DNA from: Candidatus Woesearchaeota archaeon
GTDB taxonomy: Archaea > Nanobdellota > Nanobdellia > Woesearchaeales > UBA9642
Length of the DNA stretch: 64,000 bases
Direction: 5' to 3'
Assembly (NCBI GenBank): GCA_038884715.1
Contig: JAWABG010000001.1
Coordinates: 38,287 to 102,286 of the forward strand
Shown here: one piece after another, positions 38,974 through 49,112 of the stretch
How the letters are laid out: each line of letters begins with the position of its first letter
Numbering within the stretch: position 1 is the stretch's first letter
Translations under genes and position numbers: made by a program
The notes under the pieces: generated by a model
Database searches by the model: none
Told to the model about the DNA's origin: nothing
The model's input: the letters and a program-made list of their open reading frames with translations, nothing else

Positions 38974-39417
38974 TTAAATCATTCTTTTTATTAAATCATT
39001 AATTTTTTCTCCTCTATAGCCTAGAGCTCCTTTTTGTGTGAATGATTTTTTTGTTCCCTTTCTTTCATATCCCCCTATTGGAGGGTGCAATCTAAAAGTT
39101 TTTTTGATTTTTCCTTCACTGTTTTTTTCCCCTCTTTTTTCAATTAATAATTTATATGTTTCATCATTAATTTCTCCAAATGTAACAAAATCCTTTACTT
39201 TTTCAACCATACCCATATTCGAGGGAATGCTGTCGAGAATAACACAATTGTGTTTTTTGTATAAACCCATCAGTTTAAATGTATCCCTTATAACATTTCT
39301 AATTCTTACATCTCCCCTAATCCTTATAATTGCTATTTTCTTTATCCTTTTCTGCTTAATAGCATTTAAAACATTACTCTTTTCAAGATTTTTGTTTATC
39401 ACAATATTTGATTTCAT
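38974..39417 (-). CDS. rpl30: Ribosomal protein L30 (uL30).
   Basis: IAIIRIRGDVRIRNVIRDTFKLMGLYKKHNCVIL. Confidence 0.85.
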   Translation of the reverse strand: MKSNIVINKNLEKSNVLNAIKQKRIKKIAIIRIRGDVRIRNVIRDTFKLMGLYKKHNCVILDSIPSNMGMVEKVKDFVTFGEINDETYKLLIEKRGEKNSEGKIKKTFRLHPPIGGYERKGTKKSFTQKGALGYRGEKINDLIKRMI

Positions 39418-39496
39418 TATTTCACCAAAAAAATCATTATTTAGATTATTATTTTATATTATTATTCGAGTTAATATGATTTTATGATTATTTAAT

Positions 39497-40288
39497 TTAT
39501 TCTACTATTGCTGTATTCATGTGCTTATCACCTGAATGAATAGCTAATTGTGTAATGTGTTTTTGCTGTATCTTGGTTGTTGATAATCTTCTCAATGCCT
39601 GCTCCAATGCTTTAATTAGGTTTATCTTGTTTCTTGTCTGGCCTTTTGTTTTTGACCACACATCTTTTATACCCGCAAGCTTTAAAACCTTTGCAACCTC
39701 TTTTTCACAGACAAGACCTTTACCTTTAGGAGCAGGGATTAAAGTAATCTGAACAGAGCCACATTTACCAGTTACAGTGAATGGAACTGAATGAGGCTCA
39801 TTGCTTGTTGATTGCCAACTCCCGCTACCCCTAATTATTTTAAAAATATTAAGTTTGGCATTTCTTAATGCTTTCTCTCTTGCAGGGACTGTTTCCTTTG
39901 AGTGACCAATACCTATACCAATGTATCCATTGCTATTACCAATAACCGCCATTGCTGTAAATTTTATCTTATTGCCTTCACTGGTTTTTTTCTGTGTTTG
40001 CCTAAAAACTCGTCTTTGCCCTCCTCCAAACTTGCCTTTTGATTGACCAATCAATAATAATTCTGATTCTATATTTGGGAGTAGTTTTTCTGTAATTTCT
40101 GGCTCCATAATTATCCTTCCATCATCAAGAATCTGATCAATATCATTAATTAATCCTTCTTTTACTCTTTTACCTAACTCTGTTTTAGGTTGCCAATTAT
40201 CCAGTGAAGAACTGAATTTTTCTTTCTCAATTACTTCCCCTGGTTCTTCTACAAATGTTTCCTCTTCTTCCTTTATATCATTTTTCAT
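39497..40288 (-). CDS. rps5: Ribosomal protein S5 (uS5).
   Basis: GQRRVFRQTQKKT...FTAMAVIGNSNGYIGIGIGHSKETVPAREKALRNAKLNIFKI. Confidence 0.9.
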   Translation of the reverse strand: MKNDIKEEEETFVEEPGEVIEKEKFSSSLDNWQPKTELGKRVKEGLINDIDQILDDGRIIMEPEITEKLLPNIESELLLIGQSKGKFGGGQRRVFRQTQKKTSEGNKIKFTAMAVIGNSNGYIGIGIGHSKETVPAREKALRNAKLNIFKIIRGSGSWQSTSNEPHSVPFTVTGKCGSVQITLIPAPKGKGLVCEKEVAKVLKLAGIKDVWSKTKGQTRNKINLIKALEQALRRLSTTKIQQKHITQLAIHSGDKHMNTAIVE

Positions 40289-40290
40289 GT

Positions 40291-40857
40291 CTATTCACTC
40301 AGTATCTTTTTCTTTATATCTTCAAAAGATTTTGAAATATCATTAATATCAATATTTTGCTTTTTATGTCTTGAAAACTGTTTTTCATTTTTGTTTATTG
40401 TAGCATATTTTTTAATATGCTCTCCTACCAATCTTTCCTGACTTGGAAAAATCGAGGAATCACAAGGAACATTCAGTTTTGCATCAACAGCGCCTTTTAT
40501 GACTGCATAAATTTTTGATCCTTTTACAGGTGTACGAAAACCTATATCAGGGATTACATTATCGATTTTTTTTGATAGTGCCTTTTTGCCTATTAAAAGA
40601 CCTGTCAAATATGCAGCAGGAATATTTGATAAAGAATAATTCCAACCTTTTTTTCTTAGATCACTTGAAGTTACATTCAGAATAACAGTATCTCCTTGGG
40701 AAGAGTAATTAGTGATTTGCGACACAATTCTTTTATTTGAGATTCTTATAACTAATCTAGGAATTCTACTTTTCAATAAGTTTAGTCTTTTCCTATAATT
40801 AGTTTTTCCTTTTATTTTTCTCCTAAACGAAATTCTTTTCTTTTTATATGACACCAT
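40291..40857 (-). CDS. rpl18: Ribosomal protein L18 (uL18).
   Basis: FRRKIKGKTNYRKRLNLLKSRIPRLVIRISNKRIVSQI. Confidence 0.85.
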   Translation of the reverse strand: MVSYKKKRISFRRKIKGKTNYRKRLNLLKSRIPRLVIRISNKRIVSQITNYSSQGDTVILNVTSSDLRKKGWNYSLSNIPAAYLTGLLIGKKALSKKIDNVIPDIGFRTPVKGSKIYAVIKGAVDAKLNVPCDSSIFPSQERLVGEHIKKYATINKNEKQFSRHKKQNIDINDISKSFEDIKKKILSE

Positions 40858-40877
40858 AATTTTACTCCGTGAATTTT

Positions 40878-41459
40878 TTAATTTTCAAAAGATGTATCTT
40901 CGTTTTTTGACATTTTCAAAATGTCTGCTTTTTTTAACTTTTTTTTGGATTCCTTTTGCCCGGATTCTGTTGTTTCTGTAATTTTTTTCTTTATCTTTTT
41001 TTCTGTTTCAGCAGTCAGAGTATCCTTATTTGATTCTACATAAATTTTAATGTGTCTGGCGCTTCTGAAAAATCCACCTTTTGATTTAACAATAAGATTC
41101 TTAAATGCTGTATTTGATATGTGTCTTTTATGCTTTAAAACTTTTAGCAGATTCCTCTGAGCCCTGATTTTGTTAATCCACATTCTTTTTTTGGGGGCTC
41201 TTGCTGTTTTTTTGCCTTTTTTTGAACCTGGACCCTGTCTAAGTCCTTTACTCTTTTGTCTTTGAATTTTTCTTGCTCTAACCCTTGATGTATGAACTAT
41301 TGGCATCTTAACAATTGCGTGATCAAGTACTAATCTTCGAATATCTGCCTTTGTTATAGCTTCTTTTATCTCATCGAGTCTATCAGGATCAAAATGAATG
41401 TGTTTTGGCGAACAATTAAATATACTGCTTGCAAGCCTTTTTTGAACATTGAGTTTCAT
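40878..41459 (-). CDS. rpl19e: Ribosomal protein L19e (eL19).
   Basis: MKLNVQKRLASSIFNCSPKHIHFDPDRLDEIKEAITKADIRRLV. Confidence 0.85.
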   Translation of the reverse strand: MKLNVQKRLASSIFNCSPKHIHFDPDRLDEIKEAITKADIRRLVLDHAIVKMPIVHTSRVRARKIQRQKSKGLRQGPGSKKGKKTARAPKKRMWINKIRAQRNLLKVLKHKRHISNTAFKNLIVKSKGGFFRSARHIKIYVESNKDTLTAETEKKIKKKITETTESGQKESKKKLKKADILKMSKNEDTSFEN

Positions 41460-41475
41460 ATTATCAGCTCTTTTC

Positions 41476-42063
41476 TCAGTCCTTCGTAATTAAAATTTTA
41501 TCTTTCTCCTTTTTTTCTTTTTCCTTTTTTTCCTCTTCACTCAGCCCTTTATCCTCTTTAATTTCTTCTTTCGACTTCTTAACTTTTTCTTCGATAGATT
41601 TTTTCTTTTTCTTTTCTTCTTCTATTTTTTTCTTTTCCTCTTTTGACTTTAATAAAGATTCATACTTTGTCTTTATTTTATCTAATGATGGTATTGTAGT
41701 TATTCCGTTCTCTTTTGCTTTTTCTGCGATAATCAATTTTTTTCTTAAACTAACTGATTTTGAAATGATTGCAATATTATCTTTTGAAAGATCAGTCAAA
41801 TCATTAATATTATAAACATTCGCCATTAACAAACCAGTATTGTTTCTATTTCTCAATTCTTTCGGTGTTCTATAACCAGATCTTACTTTTTTTGCATAGC
41901 CTCTAAAGTTATGCTTGATTTTTGAGTGATGACCCCTCGGCTTTCTCCAGCCGGTTCTTCTAACTTCTTTTTTCTTGAAACCGTCCTGCCTCTTAAATTT
42001 TGGCATCTTTTTTTTCATTTTTCTTTTTAATTCCAAAAGTTCTTTGTTGATCATTTTCAGCAT
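41476..42063 (-). CDS. rpl32e: Ribosomal protein L32e (eL32).
   Basis: RQDGFKKKEVRRTGWRKPRGHHSKIKHNFRGYAKKVRSGYRTPKELRN. Long K/E tail. Confidence 0.85.
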   Translation of the reverse strand: MLKMINKELLELKRKMKKKMPKFKRQDGFKKKEVRRTGWRKPRGHHSKIKHNFRGYAKKVRSGYRTPKELRNRNNTGLLMANVYNINDLTDLSKDNIAIISKSVSLRKKLIIAEKAKENGITTIPSLDKIKTKYESLLKSKEEKKKIEEEKKKKKSIEEKVKKSKEEIKEDKGLSEEEKKEKEKKEKDKILITKD

Positions 42064-42069
42064 AATTTT

Positions 42070-42621
42070 TTATTCTTCGATTTTTTTTCCGTCTTTTTCA
42101 ATAATATAAATTCCGTCTTGGAATCTTCTTCTGTCAAATCCTGTCCTTCGTGTTAGCTGTTCTATTGTCGCAGCAACTTGGCCTGCTTCTTCTTTACTTA
42201 TAGATTCAACAACAATCTCATTACCATTAATTGATATTTTTGCATCACAATTAATCATAACTCTTCTCGGAATTGTTTCTCCAAAAAAATTCTTTACTTC
42301 AAATACGTTATTCTTATATGTTACAGTCATCGGAAAATGGCCTGAACAAATTTTCAACTTATAAATATGCCCTCGAGTAACCCCTTTCACCATATTTTTC
42401 AGGTGAGCAACATAACTGTATATTATCTTTTTTTCTCTCTTCGTTGCATTCTTAAAAGAAAATACAACACTTGAATTATCTATAGCTATATTCAATCTTG
42501 GATGAAAAATCTTTCTCTTTATTTCTCCTTTTGGACCCTTTATAGTGAGAATGTAATCTTTATAATTACAACTAACTTTTTCTGGAAGTTCTATTTTCGC
42601 TGATAATAATTCTTGCTTCAT
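42070..42621 (-). CDS. rpl6: Ribosomal protein L6 (uL6).
   Basis: Two-domain uL6 pattern (ILTIKGPKGEIKRKI...HFPMTVTYKNNVFEVKNFFGE). Position between S8 and L32e. Confidence 0.85.
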   Translation of the reverse strand: MKQELLSAKIELPEKVSCNYKDYILTIKGPKGEIKRKIFHPRLNIAIDNSSVVFSFKNATKREKKIIYSYVAHLKNMVKGVTRGHIYKLKICSGHFPMTVTYKNNVFEVKNFFGETIPRRVMINCDAKISINGNEIVVESISKEEAGQVAATIEQLTRRTGFDRRRFQDGIYIIEKDGKKIEE

Positions 42622-42672
42622 TTTTCAATCTGATTTTGTATATGATTACAATATCAATTAAATAATATTTAA

Positions 42673-43065
42673 TTAATAACAGTAAGCTAAAAGTTTTCCC
42701 CCAATATTCTCTTTTTTTGCATCAATATGAGTCATTATTCCTTTAGGCGTTGAGACAATAAGTATTCCAAAATTCTTAGCAGGTAAATACCTTTTCTCAA
42801 ACTTTTCATAAGTGTCTTTCTTCACTGAAAACCTTGGTTTAATTACTCCTATATCATTAATATTTCCAATTATATGTATGTTTAGCCACTTTGCTTTACC
42901 ATCATCAATTTCACTAAATTCACCAATATAGAGATTGTCTTGCAAAATTTTAAGCACTCTTCTGATTATTGAAGAGTTGTATTTTGTGATCAACTCTTGT
43001 TTTCCCTTATTCTCATAATTTTTTATGTGTGACAAAACATTTGCTAGCGGATCATTTAAAACCAT
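42673..43065 (-). CDS. rps8: Ribosomal protein S8 (uS8).
   Basis: [25 protein letters not shown]...[31 protein letters not shown]. Confidence 0.85.
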   Translation of the reverse strand: MVLNDPLANVLSHIKNYENKGKQELITKYNSSIIRRVLKILQDNLYIGEFSEIDDGKAKWLNIHIIGNINDIGVIKPRFSVKKDTYEKFEKRYLPAKNFGILIVSTPKGIMTHIDAKKENIGGKLLAYCY

Positions 43066-43120
43066 TTTTTGTTCCCCATTATGTTTATTTGTTATGATTT
43101 TTTATTGGATTGATTAGGAA

Positions 43121-43375
43121 TTACGAAAATTTCTTAAACCCTATCTTTGTTGCAACCTCCCTGAAGCATTGCCTACAGAGATGAATACCGTACTTGGAAA
43201 CATGAGCTCCAGCTTTCAAACAACGTTTACATCTCTTTACATTTGATCCATATTTTCTTTTTTTAGGAACATTAAACTTATTGTATCTAGCAACTTTTCC
43301 AGGTTTATGCCGTATCTGATTCAATATTTTTGAATAATGGCTATATGTCATTTTATAATTAGTCCTCCGTTGCAT
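43121..43375 (-). CDS. rps14: Ribosomal protein S14 (uS14, zinc-binding type). The true start is probably internal (MTYSHYS...).
   Basis: C-terminal [46 protein letters not shown]. The N-terminal 30-aa extension is atypical. Confidence 0.8.
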   Translation of the reverse strand: MQRRTNYKMTYSHYSKILNQIRHKPGKVARYNKFNVPKKRKYGSNVKRCKRCLKAGAHVSKYGIHLCRQCFREVATKIGFKKFS

Positions 43376-43489
43376 TAGTATTATTTGTGTTATGATTGTA
43401 CAATTATTATACTATAATTACTTTATAATATTAATATATAATTATATCAAAATAATTAATATTATATCAAAAGCATCATAAATCTTTAT

Positions 43490-44002
43490 TTATTCCTCCT
43501 CTATTTTCAAGTTAAATTCCTTTATAAAATAATCCATAGCTTCCTGCTTTGATATCTTGTGCTTATAAGGAATTTTTTTCTTTTCAATTTTCCTTCTCTT
43601 GATTCTAAATCCTGGCCTTTCAAGAGTAAGCGATACCTCAAATCCCATTATACCAATTTCAGGATCATATTTCACACCCGGAATATCAATATACTCGTGT
43701 AAACCAAAGCTCACATTTCCATTATCATCAAAATTATTTGGAGTTAGTTTGTTATCTTTTGCCATTAACAATCTTTTGATTAGTTCATTAGGATTTTTTC
43801 TGAGAGTAAGCTTACAACCAACAGGTAATCCGGGCCTTAAACCCCATCCGGCAATTCTTTTTTGAGTAATTGTTTTTATTGGCGATTTTCCTGTAATATT
43901 CTTTATGAGCTTTATTCCCTTATCTAATCTTGACTGATCTTTTCCTGCCCCGAAATTCAGAGTGAGTTTTTCAATTCGAATAGTTCTCATCGTGTTTTCC
44001 AT
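43490..44002 (-). CDS. rpl5: Ribosomal protein L5 (uL5).
   Basis: IRIEKLTLNFGAGKDQSRLDKGIKLIKNITGKSPIKTITQKRIAGWGLRPGLPVGCKLTLR. Confidence 0.9.
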   Translation of the reverse strand: MENTMRTIRIEKLTLNFGAGKDQSRLDKGIKLIKNITGKSPIKTITQKRIAGWGLRPGLPVGCKLTLRKNPNELIKRLLMAKDNKLTPNNFDDNGNVSFGLHEYIDIPGVKYDPEIGIMGFEVSLTLERPGFRIKRRKIEKKKIPYKHKISKQEAMDYFIKEFNLKIEEE

Positions 44003-44129
44003 TTTAAATTTTCTAAACTTTAGTGAATTTCATTAATAATTACTCAATTGTTGTTTATTTTATTTATTAGTGTTGTATTAGCTTTTATCATTTTTAGTTT
44101 AAATCATTTCATTAGTATTTTTATTTTCA

Positions 44130-44816
44130 TTAGCTTAATGTTATCAGTGGCTTGTCTTCCCCTACAACAATTGCGAAATTTTTATCTGTCTGAAATTTTT
44201 CTTCATTAATTTTAAATAAAAGGTTTTTTCCTTCTATCTTCTCAATAGTTGCGATGTTGCCTGTGAATTTCCCTTTATACAACAATATTGTTTTTCCTTT
44301 TTCCATTTTAAGTACTGATTTTATCTTTTGCTCTGGAAGTTCAAACAATACACTATCTCCTACTGAATAATTCTTACCGTTCTCCACAATAATATTTCTC
44401 CCATCAAGAGTACCCAACTGGGTTTTTCCCTTATTCTGAGTCTTATTTACTATCTTAGATATCTTTAAAACTGAATCCTTCTCGTCAGTTTTCTTAAAGC
44501 ATAATTTTCCTTTCTTGTCAAATAACATTCTATAATATATATTCTGTTTGGGTATGGAGAGAGTATCCAAAAAACCAATCTGAGATTTTAAATCCTTTTT
44601 TCTTCTCCAATCAACAAACACTTCTTGTGTATTCAATAAAAACACAACTTCTCTCCTATTGTTTGCAAGACCTAACTGCCTAATAGCTAAACCGAGGGGC
44701 ATAGCCATACTGAACGAATGAGGACCCGGGTTTGGTCTTGTAACAAATTTTTTGTCCTTTCTTAATAATTTCCACTGCTTAGGTGCATTTATTCTCTTCA
44801 GATGTGCTTTTGTCAT
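44130..44816 (-). CDS. rps4e: Ribosomal protein S4e (eS4).
   Basis: MTKAHLKRINAPKQWKLLRKDKKFVTRPNPGPHSFSMAMPLGLAIRQ. Confidence 0.9.
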   Translation of the reverse strand: MTKAHLKRINAPKQWKLLRKDKKFVTRPNPGPHSFSMAMPLGLAIRQLGLANNRREVVFLLNTQEVFVDWRRKKDLKSQIGFLDTLSIPKQNIYYRMLFDKKGKLCFKKTDEKDSVLKISKIVNKTQNKGKTQLGTLDGRNIIVENGKNYSVGDSVLFELPEQKIKSVLKMEKGKTILLYKGKFTGNIATIEKIEGKNLLFKINEEKFQTDKNFAIVVGEDKPLITLS

Positions 44817-44817
44817 T

Positions 44818-45225
44818 TTATTTTTGTTTTTCAGTTTTTGATTTTTGTTTTAATTGAATTCGATTTATTCTCTTTTTGTCATTAAGATTTAATTCAGTAA
44901 TTATAACATTTGAAGGATCTATTGGATAAAATGCTTTTGAGCCATCCTTTTTGCTTAGCTCTGCTTTTCCAATATATATTTTAGTGTGTTTTGTGTCAAC
45001 TCTTTCAACTTTACCTTCTATTCCTTTGAATTGACCTCTCAATATTTTCACCTTATCACCGTTTACAACGCGTATAGATCTTCTATTATATTTTTTCCTT
45101 AACTCTCTAGACAAATGTGAATTCATAAATTTGCCCTTAATATGGATTGGAGCATTATATCTGTACTTTCTTTGTTTTCGAGGCTGAATGCTCGATTTCC
45201 AATGTTTTGAAAATTCTTTTTTCAT
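44818..45225 (-). CDS. rpl24: Ribosomal protein L24 (uL24), KOW domain.
   Basis: RVVNGDKVKILRGQFKGIEGKVERVDTKHTKIYI. A 1-nt gap to S4e. Confidence 0.85.
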   Translation of the reverse strand: MKKEFSKHWKSSIQPRKQRKYRYNAPIHIKGKFMNSHLSRELRKKYNRRSIRVVNGDKVKILRGQFKGIEGKVERVDTKHTKIYIGKAELSKKDGSKAFYPIDPSNVIITELNLNDKKRINRIQLKQKSKTEKQK

Positions 45226-45257
45226 TTTATTTTCTGATTTATTATTTTCCTAATTTT

Positions 45258-45659
45258 TTAAATTACAATACTTGCCAATTTGGCAATTGCAGGCCATCTC
45301 TCGACAACCTCTTTTGCTATTGGACCCTTAATCATTGTTCCTTTAGGGTTTCCCTTTTCATCTTTTAATATAACAACTCCGTTCTCTTCAAACTTTATTC
45401 TTGTTCCATCTGTTCGCCTATACTCTTTTTTTTGTCGAACAACAACAGCATAAAAAACCTGTTTTCTCATATCTGGCTTTCCTTTTTTTACAGCAACAGT
45501 TATCAGATCAGAAATTCCTGCTGCAGGATTTCTGCCTTTTTTTGTTTTTTGACCAATAACTGAAACTATCTTCACAGTCTTTGCTCCTGAGTTGTCAGCG
45601 GTGTCAACCCATGCACCAACAGGCAATCCTCTTGTTATCGTCGCTTTAAGAGCTTTCAT
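45258..45659 (-). CDS. rpl14: Ribosomal protein L14 (uL14).
   Basis: MKALKATITRGLPVGAWVDTADNSGAKTVKIVSVIG. Confidence 0.9.
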   Translation of the reverse strand: MKALKATITRGLPVGAWVDTADNSGAKTVKIVSVIGQKTKKGRNPAAGISDLITVAVKKGKPDMRKQVFYAVVVRQKKEYRRTDGTRIKFEENGVVILKDEKGNPKGTMIKGPIAKEVVERWPAIAKLASIVI

Positions 45660-45672
45660 TTTAACTATTTAC

Positions 45673-46032
45673 TTAATTATTCTGCTTTTTTAGCGTGTTT
45701 TGAATTTCTATTACAACAAAATTTTTTGTTTTGGACAAAGGTCTTGTTTCCATGATTGTCACAATATCTCCTGTTTTTGCATTTATACATGCAGGATTGT
45801 GAGCCTTGATTTTTTTTGTTTTTATAGCATATCTCTCATATTTTTTTATAAATTTCCTGAGTTCCCATTTTATAGTAACTGTTTTATCTGCTTTATCACT
45901 AATTACTTCCCCGACAAGTATTCTGCCATGAACCTTTACTGATCCATGAAATGGGCATTTTAAATCCTTACAATCCTTTACAGGTATTTGCACATTAATT
46001 CCTATATTTTTTTTATTATTTTCTTTTTTCAT
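45673..46032 (-). CDS. rps17: Ribosomal protein S17 (uS17).
   Basis: CPFHGSVKVHGRILVGEVISDKADKTVTIKWE...YERYAIKTKKIKAHNP. Confidence 0.85.
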   Translation of the reverse strand: MKKENNKKNIGINVQIPVKDCKDLKCPFHGSVKVHGRILVGEVISDKADKTVTIKWELRKFIKKYERYAIKTKKIKAHNPACINAKTGDIVTIMETRPLSKTKNFVVIEIQNTLKKQNN

Positions 46033-46046
46033 TTTTTATTATATTT

Positions 46047-46295
46047 TTATAATTTCTTAATCCTATCCTCGCTTCGCATTATTATGTTGTTTCCTTTTAT
46101 TGTGATTTTGTCTATAAGGAATGTGTTGTTTTTTTTCATTATTGTAATAATTTTTTCTCCTTGTTTTCTAATCTTGAACGTATTTTTTGTTTCGTCAATA
46201 ATGGTTCCACTTACACCAATCATTGATTTGTTTTTTGAATTAATTATCTCGATTTTTTTGCCTATAAATTCCTCTTTTAGTTTTAAGTTTTTCAT
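46047..46295 (-). CDS. rnp1: Ribonuclease P protein component 1 (Rpp29/Pop4).
   Basis: EEFIGKKIEIINSKNKSMIGVSGTIIDETKNTFKI matches the Rpp29 G..G.IIDETKNT pattern. Conserved position between SUI1/L29 and S17. Confidence 0.75.
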   Translation of the reverse strand: MKNLKLKEEFIGKKIEIINSKNKSMIGVSGTIIDETKNTFKIRKQGEKIITIMKKNNTFLIDKITIKGNNIIMRSEDRIKKL

Positions 46296-46353
46296 ACCTT
46301 CTTATTCTTACTGATGTTGAAATTCCTGCTCTGGTAAGCGTCACAAGCATTGC

Positions 46354-46662
46354 TCATCTAATATCAATTGTATCGGGTGCAAAACCAAGCTTTATCAACT
46401 CTGGCTTAATCTTATGTAAATGGTCACCTTGGAGTTCAATGAACCCCTCTTTGACAGTGCCACCACACGCCAGTATGTTTTTAAGTTTTTTTGCCACTTC
46501 CTTCAAATCGATATCCTTTTTGTCTATTCCTTGAATTACTGTGTATTTTTTACCAAATTTTTTGCTTATTACCTTTGCAGTTATCTTCTGGTTCTCCTTT
46601 GTTATGGTTTCCCAGACACCCAGTTCTTTTGGCAGTCCCGTTATCGGGTCTATATCACTCAT
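46354..46662 (-). CDS. sui1: Translation initiation factor 1 (SUI1/eIF1 family).
   Basis: ITAKVISKKFGKKYTVIQGIDKKDIDLKEVAKKLKNILACGGTVKEGFIELQGDH. Confidence 0.8.
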   Translation of the reverse strand: MSDIDPITGLPKELGVWETITKENQKITAKVISKKFGKKYTVIQGIDKKDIDLKEVAKKLKNILACGGTVKEGFIELQGDHLHKIKPELIKLGFAPDTIDIR

Positions 46663-46747
46663 TTTTTGTTTTTTATTTTATTCTATTTAGTTTTCCTTAT
46701 TTTAATTGAGTTCTTTTTTGTATTTTTTAATTTGGTTTGTCAATTTT

Positions 46748-46948
46748 TTATCTTGTCTGATTTTCTTTTTGAGATTTTAATGTAATAAGCCTCGCCATCA
46801 ATCTTTTTATCTGTCTAATCTGCATTGTGTTTTTTTGTGTTGAACCTGTGGCCGCCTGACCTTTGACTTTGATTAGCTCTGAATTTAAATCGGAAAGTTT
46901 CTTACTAATTTCTTGTACTGACAGGTTGTTATAATCTTTTTTTTTCAT
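46748..46948 (-). CDS. rpl29: Ribosomal protein L29 (uL29).
   Basis: LSVQEISKKLSDLNSELIKVKGQAATGSTQKNTMQIRQIKRLMARLITL. Confidence 0.8.
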   Translation of the reverse strand: MKKKDYNNLSVQEISKKLSDLNSELIKVKGQAATGSTQKNTMQIRQIKRLMARLITLKSQKENQTR

Positions 46949-47023
46949 TTTTAAATTTTAATTGATTGTTTATCTTCTTTAATTATATTTTTAATAAATT
47001 AATTATTAATTCAATTAATTTAA

Positions 47024-47857
47024 CTAATTATTTTTATTTGTTTCATCTGATACAACAACATCTTGAGACATGGTTTCTCCCACACTGTTTGTCGTGTTTG
47101 ATTTGATTTTCTGCTTTTTTGACTCTTTTCTTTCTTTAGCTTCTTTTGGTTCTTTTGATTTTCTTGTTTTTTCTTTAGCAGCCTTAATAATTTTATTCTC
47201 TTCATTTTTTATATCTTCAAGATCCTTGTGAGGTTCTGTCTCACTAACTTCCTCTATTTTTTTTTCAATAAATATAATATTATCAGGTAATTTTGTTGTT
47301 GCGGGCAATATACTAACCTTTACACCTATTATTCCCGATTTTAATTTTGCAATACTATAAGCCACATCCACTCCAGTTAACGCAATATCGCCACATTTCT
47401 TAAGATAACCTTGATAAAATCTCCAAGACTTTGCCCTGCTACTTGGAACCTTGCCACTAATTATTATTTCAACACCTCTTGCACCTGCATTCATTACATC
47501 CATCATCGCCTTGTGTCCAATACCCTTAAATCTCATAGTTCCATATCTTTCAAGAGCAGATGCTATTGTTTCTGCAACAATACTGGCATCTAAATTTGGA
47601 TTTTCAACATCTTTTAACTCGATTTGAGGATTCTCTAGGGCAAAGTTTTCTTTAAGTTCTTTGGTAAGTTTAGCAATATTTGAACCACTCTTTCCGACGA
47701 TTAAGCCAGGCCTGGATGAATAAATAATAATTTTCTCTCCTATAGGTGTTCTCATCAACTTTGTTTTGCTATGTCCTACCCTTATTAAATGTGAAGTTAT
47801 GTATTCCTGAATCTGGAATTCTTTCATTTTTTGAGCAACAAATTTTCTTTCTATCAT
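47024..47857 (-). CDS. rps3: Ribosomal protein S3 (uS3) with a KH domain and a K/E-rich C-terminal extension.
   Basis: MIERKFVAQKMKEFQIQEYITSHLIRVGHSKTKLMRTPIGEKIIIYSSRPGLIVGKSGSNIAKL. Confidence 0.9.
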   Translation of the reverse strand: MIERKFVAQKMKEFQIQEYITSHLIRVGHSKTKLMRTPIGEKIIIYSSRPGLIVGKSGSNIAKLTKELKENFALENPQIELKDVENPNLDASIVAETIASALERYGTMRFKGIGHKAMMDVMNAGARGVEIIISGKVPSSRAKSWRFYQGYLKKCGDIALTGVDVAYSIAKLKSGIIGVKVSILPATTKLPDNIIFIEKKIEEVSETEPHKDLEDIKNEENKIIKAAKEKTRKSKEPKEAKERKESKKQKIKSNTTNSVGETMSQDVVVSDETNKNN

Positions 47858-47893
47858 TTTTCTTCTATAGACTCCAACTTATCCTTATTTTAT

Positions 47894-48502
47894 TTATATC
47901 TTATTTTCAGCGGGGTTTTTCTTTTCCTCTTTCTTATTTTCCATTGCAGTCTCATCATCTTTTTTTGTATCTTTAATTTTCACGTTTCTAATTTTCTTTT
48001 TTTCGAGTTTTTTCTTACCTTTTCTTTCAGATTGTTCTTCTAAATTTTCTTTTTCATCTTTTGGTACAGCAATCTCTTCAACAACAATCTCGAGATTTGT
48101 TCTCTTAGCTTTTCTTCTTCGTTGTCTTCCATATTTCCAAGATGTTGCTGCTCTTTGAGGAATTATACTTATTATAAAAAGATTATCTGAATTTAACCCT
48201 TTGTTTTGGGCGTTTGATTCAACTGATTTTAGTAATTTTAATATCTCGACTGATGCACTTACTGCATATCTGCCCGGACCTATTCCTGGTTTATGCCCAA
48301 CACCGTTTGTAAACCGTCTAAAAGGAATGGGTTTCTTCATAGATATTGCTTCTTCTAGGATTTTTTTAGCAACACTTAATCTTTTATTTCTTATAAAATT
48401 TGAAATCTCTATGCTCTGCTTTGTGGAAATAGCAATATCTCTAATTACTGCCCTTGCAGTGTTTTCTTTCATTTCTTTGAACGCGTAGTTGTACTTTGAC
48501 AT
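47894..48502 (-). CDS. rpl22: Ribosomal protein L22 (uL22) with a K/E-rich tail.
   Basis: MSKYNYAFKEMKENTARAVIRDIAISTKQSIEISNFIRNKRLSVAKKILEEAISMKKPIPFRRFTNGVGHKPG. Confidence 0.85.
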   Translation of the reverse strand: MSKYNYAFKEMKENTARAVIRDIAISTKQSIEISNFIRNKRLSVAKKILEEAISMKKPIPFRRFTNGVGHKPGIGPGRYAVSASVEILKLLKSVESNAQNKGLNSDNLFIISIIPQRAATSWKYGRQRRRKAKRTNLEIVVEEIAVPKDEKENLEEQSERKGKKKLEKKKIRNVKIKDTKKDDETAMENKKEEKKNPAENKI

Positions 48503-48591
48503 TTTGATAAACTAATTTTGATTCTCTTTTAGATTAATTTTTCAACATATATCAAATTTTTTAAGTTTTAATATATTATTTATTTTATTAT

Positions 48592-48972
48592 TTATTTCAC
48601 TGATAAGTTTGAACTCGACTTTGTTGCTCCGATTCCTGGAGCACTGTGCTCGACCTTTTTTCGAGTCATTACGAGCTCACCAAGATACATACCAATCATT
48701 TCGGGTAGTATAATAACAGGAACAAACTCCTTGCCGTTGTGAATTTTGATAGTCTTTCCAACCATTCCTGGCAAGACAATCATCTCCCTAAGGTGGGTTT
48801 CAACAACATCATTCTTAGCAATTTTTTTAATAAATGCTTTTTTCTCTTCGTTAAATCCTCTCTTGATGCTTCTTCTCTGTCTCGCAGGCAATATTTCTGC
48901 AAGCTCTGAAAGACTAAACCTTTTTAATTCATTAAGTGATTTTCCTCTATATGTAAATTCTTTTTTAGCCAT
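48592..48972 (-). CDS. rps19: Ribosomal protein S19 (uS19).
   Basis: [61 protein letters not shown]. Confidence 0.9.
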   Translation of the reverse strand: MAKKEFTYRGKSLNELKRFSLSELAEILPARQRRSIKRGFNEEKKAFIKKIAKNDVVETHLREMIVLPGMVGKTIKIHNGKEFVPVIILPEMIGMYLGELVMTRKKVEHSAPGIGATKSSSNLSVK

Positions 48973-49112
48973 TTTGAATTAATAATTTTTCATAGATTTT
49001 TTATTTTTTTAACATATAGTATTATTTTTATATATTTGATTATATTTTATAATTGTTTGATAATTGTTGCTTATTATTCTTATATTATTAAATTATAATT
49101 AAATTAAATAGA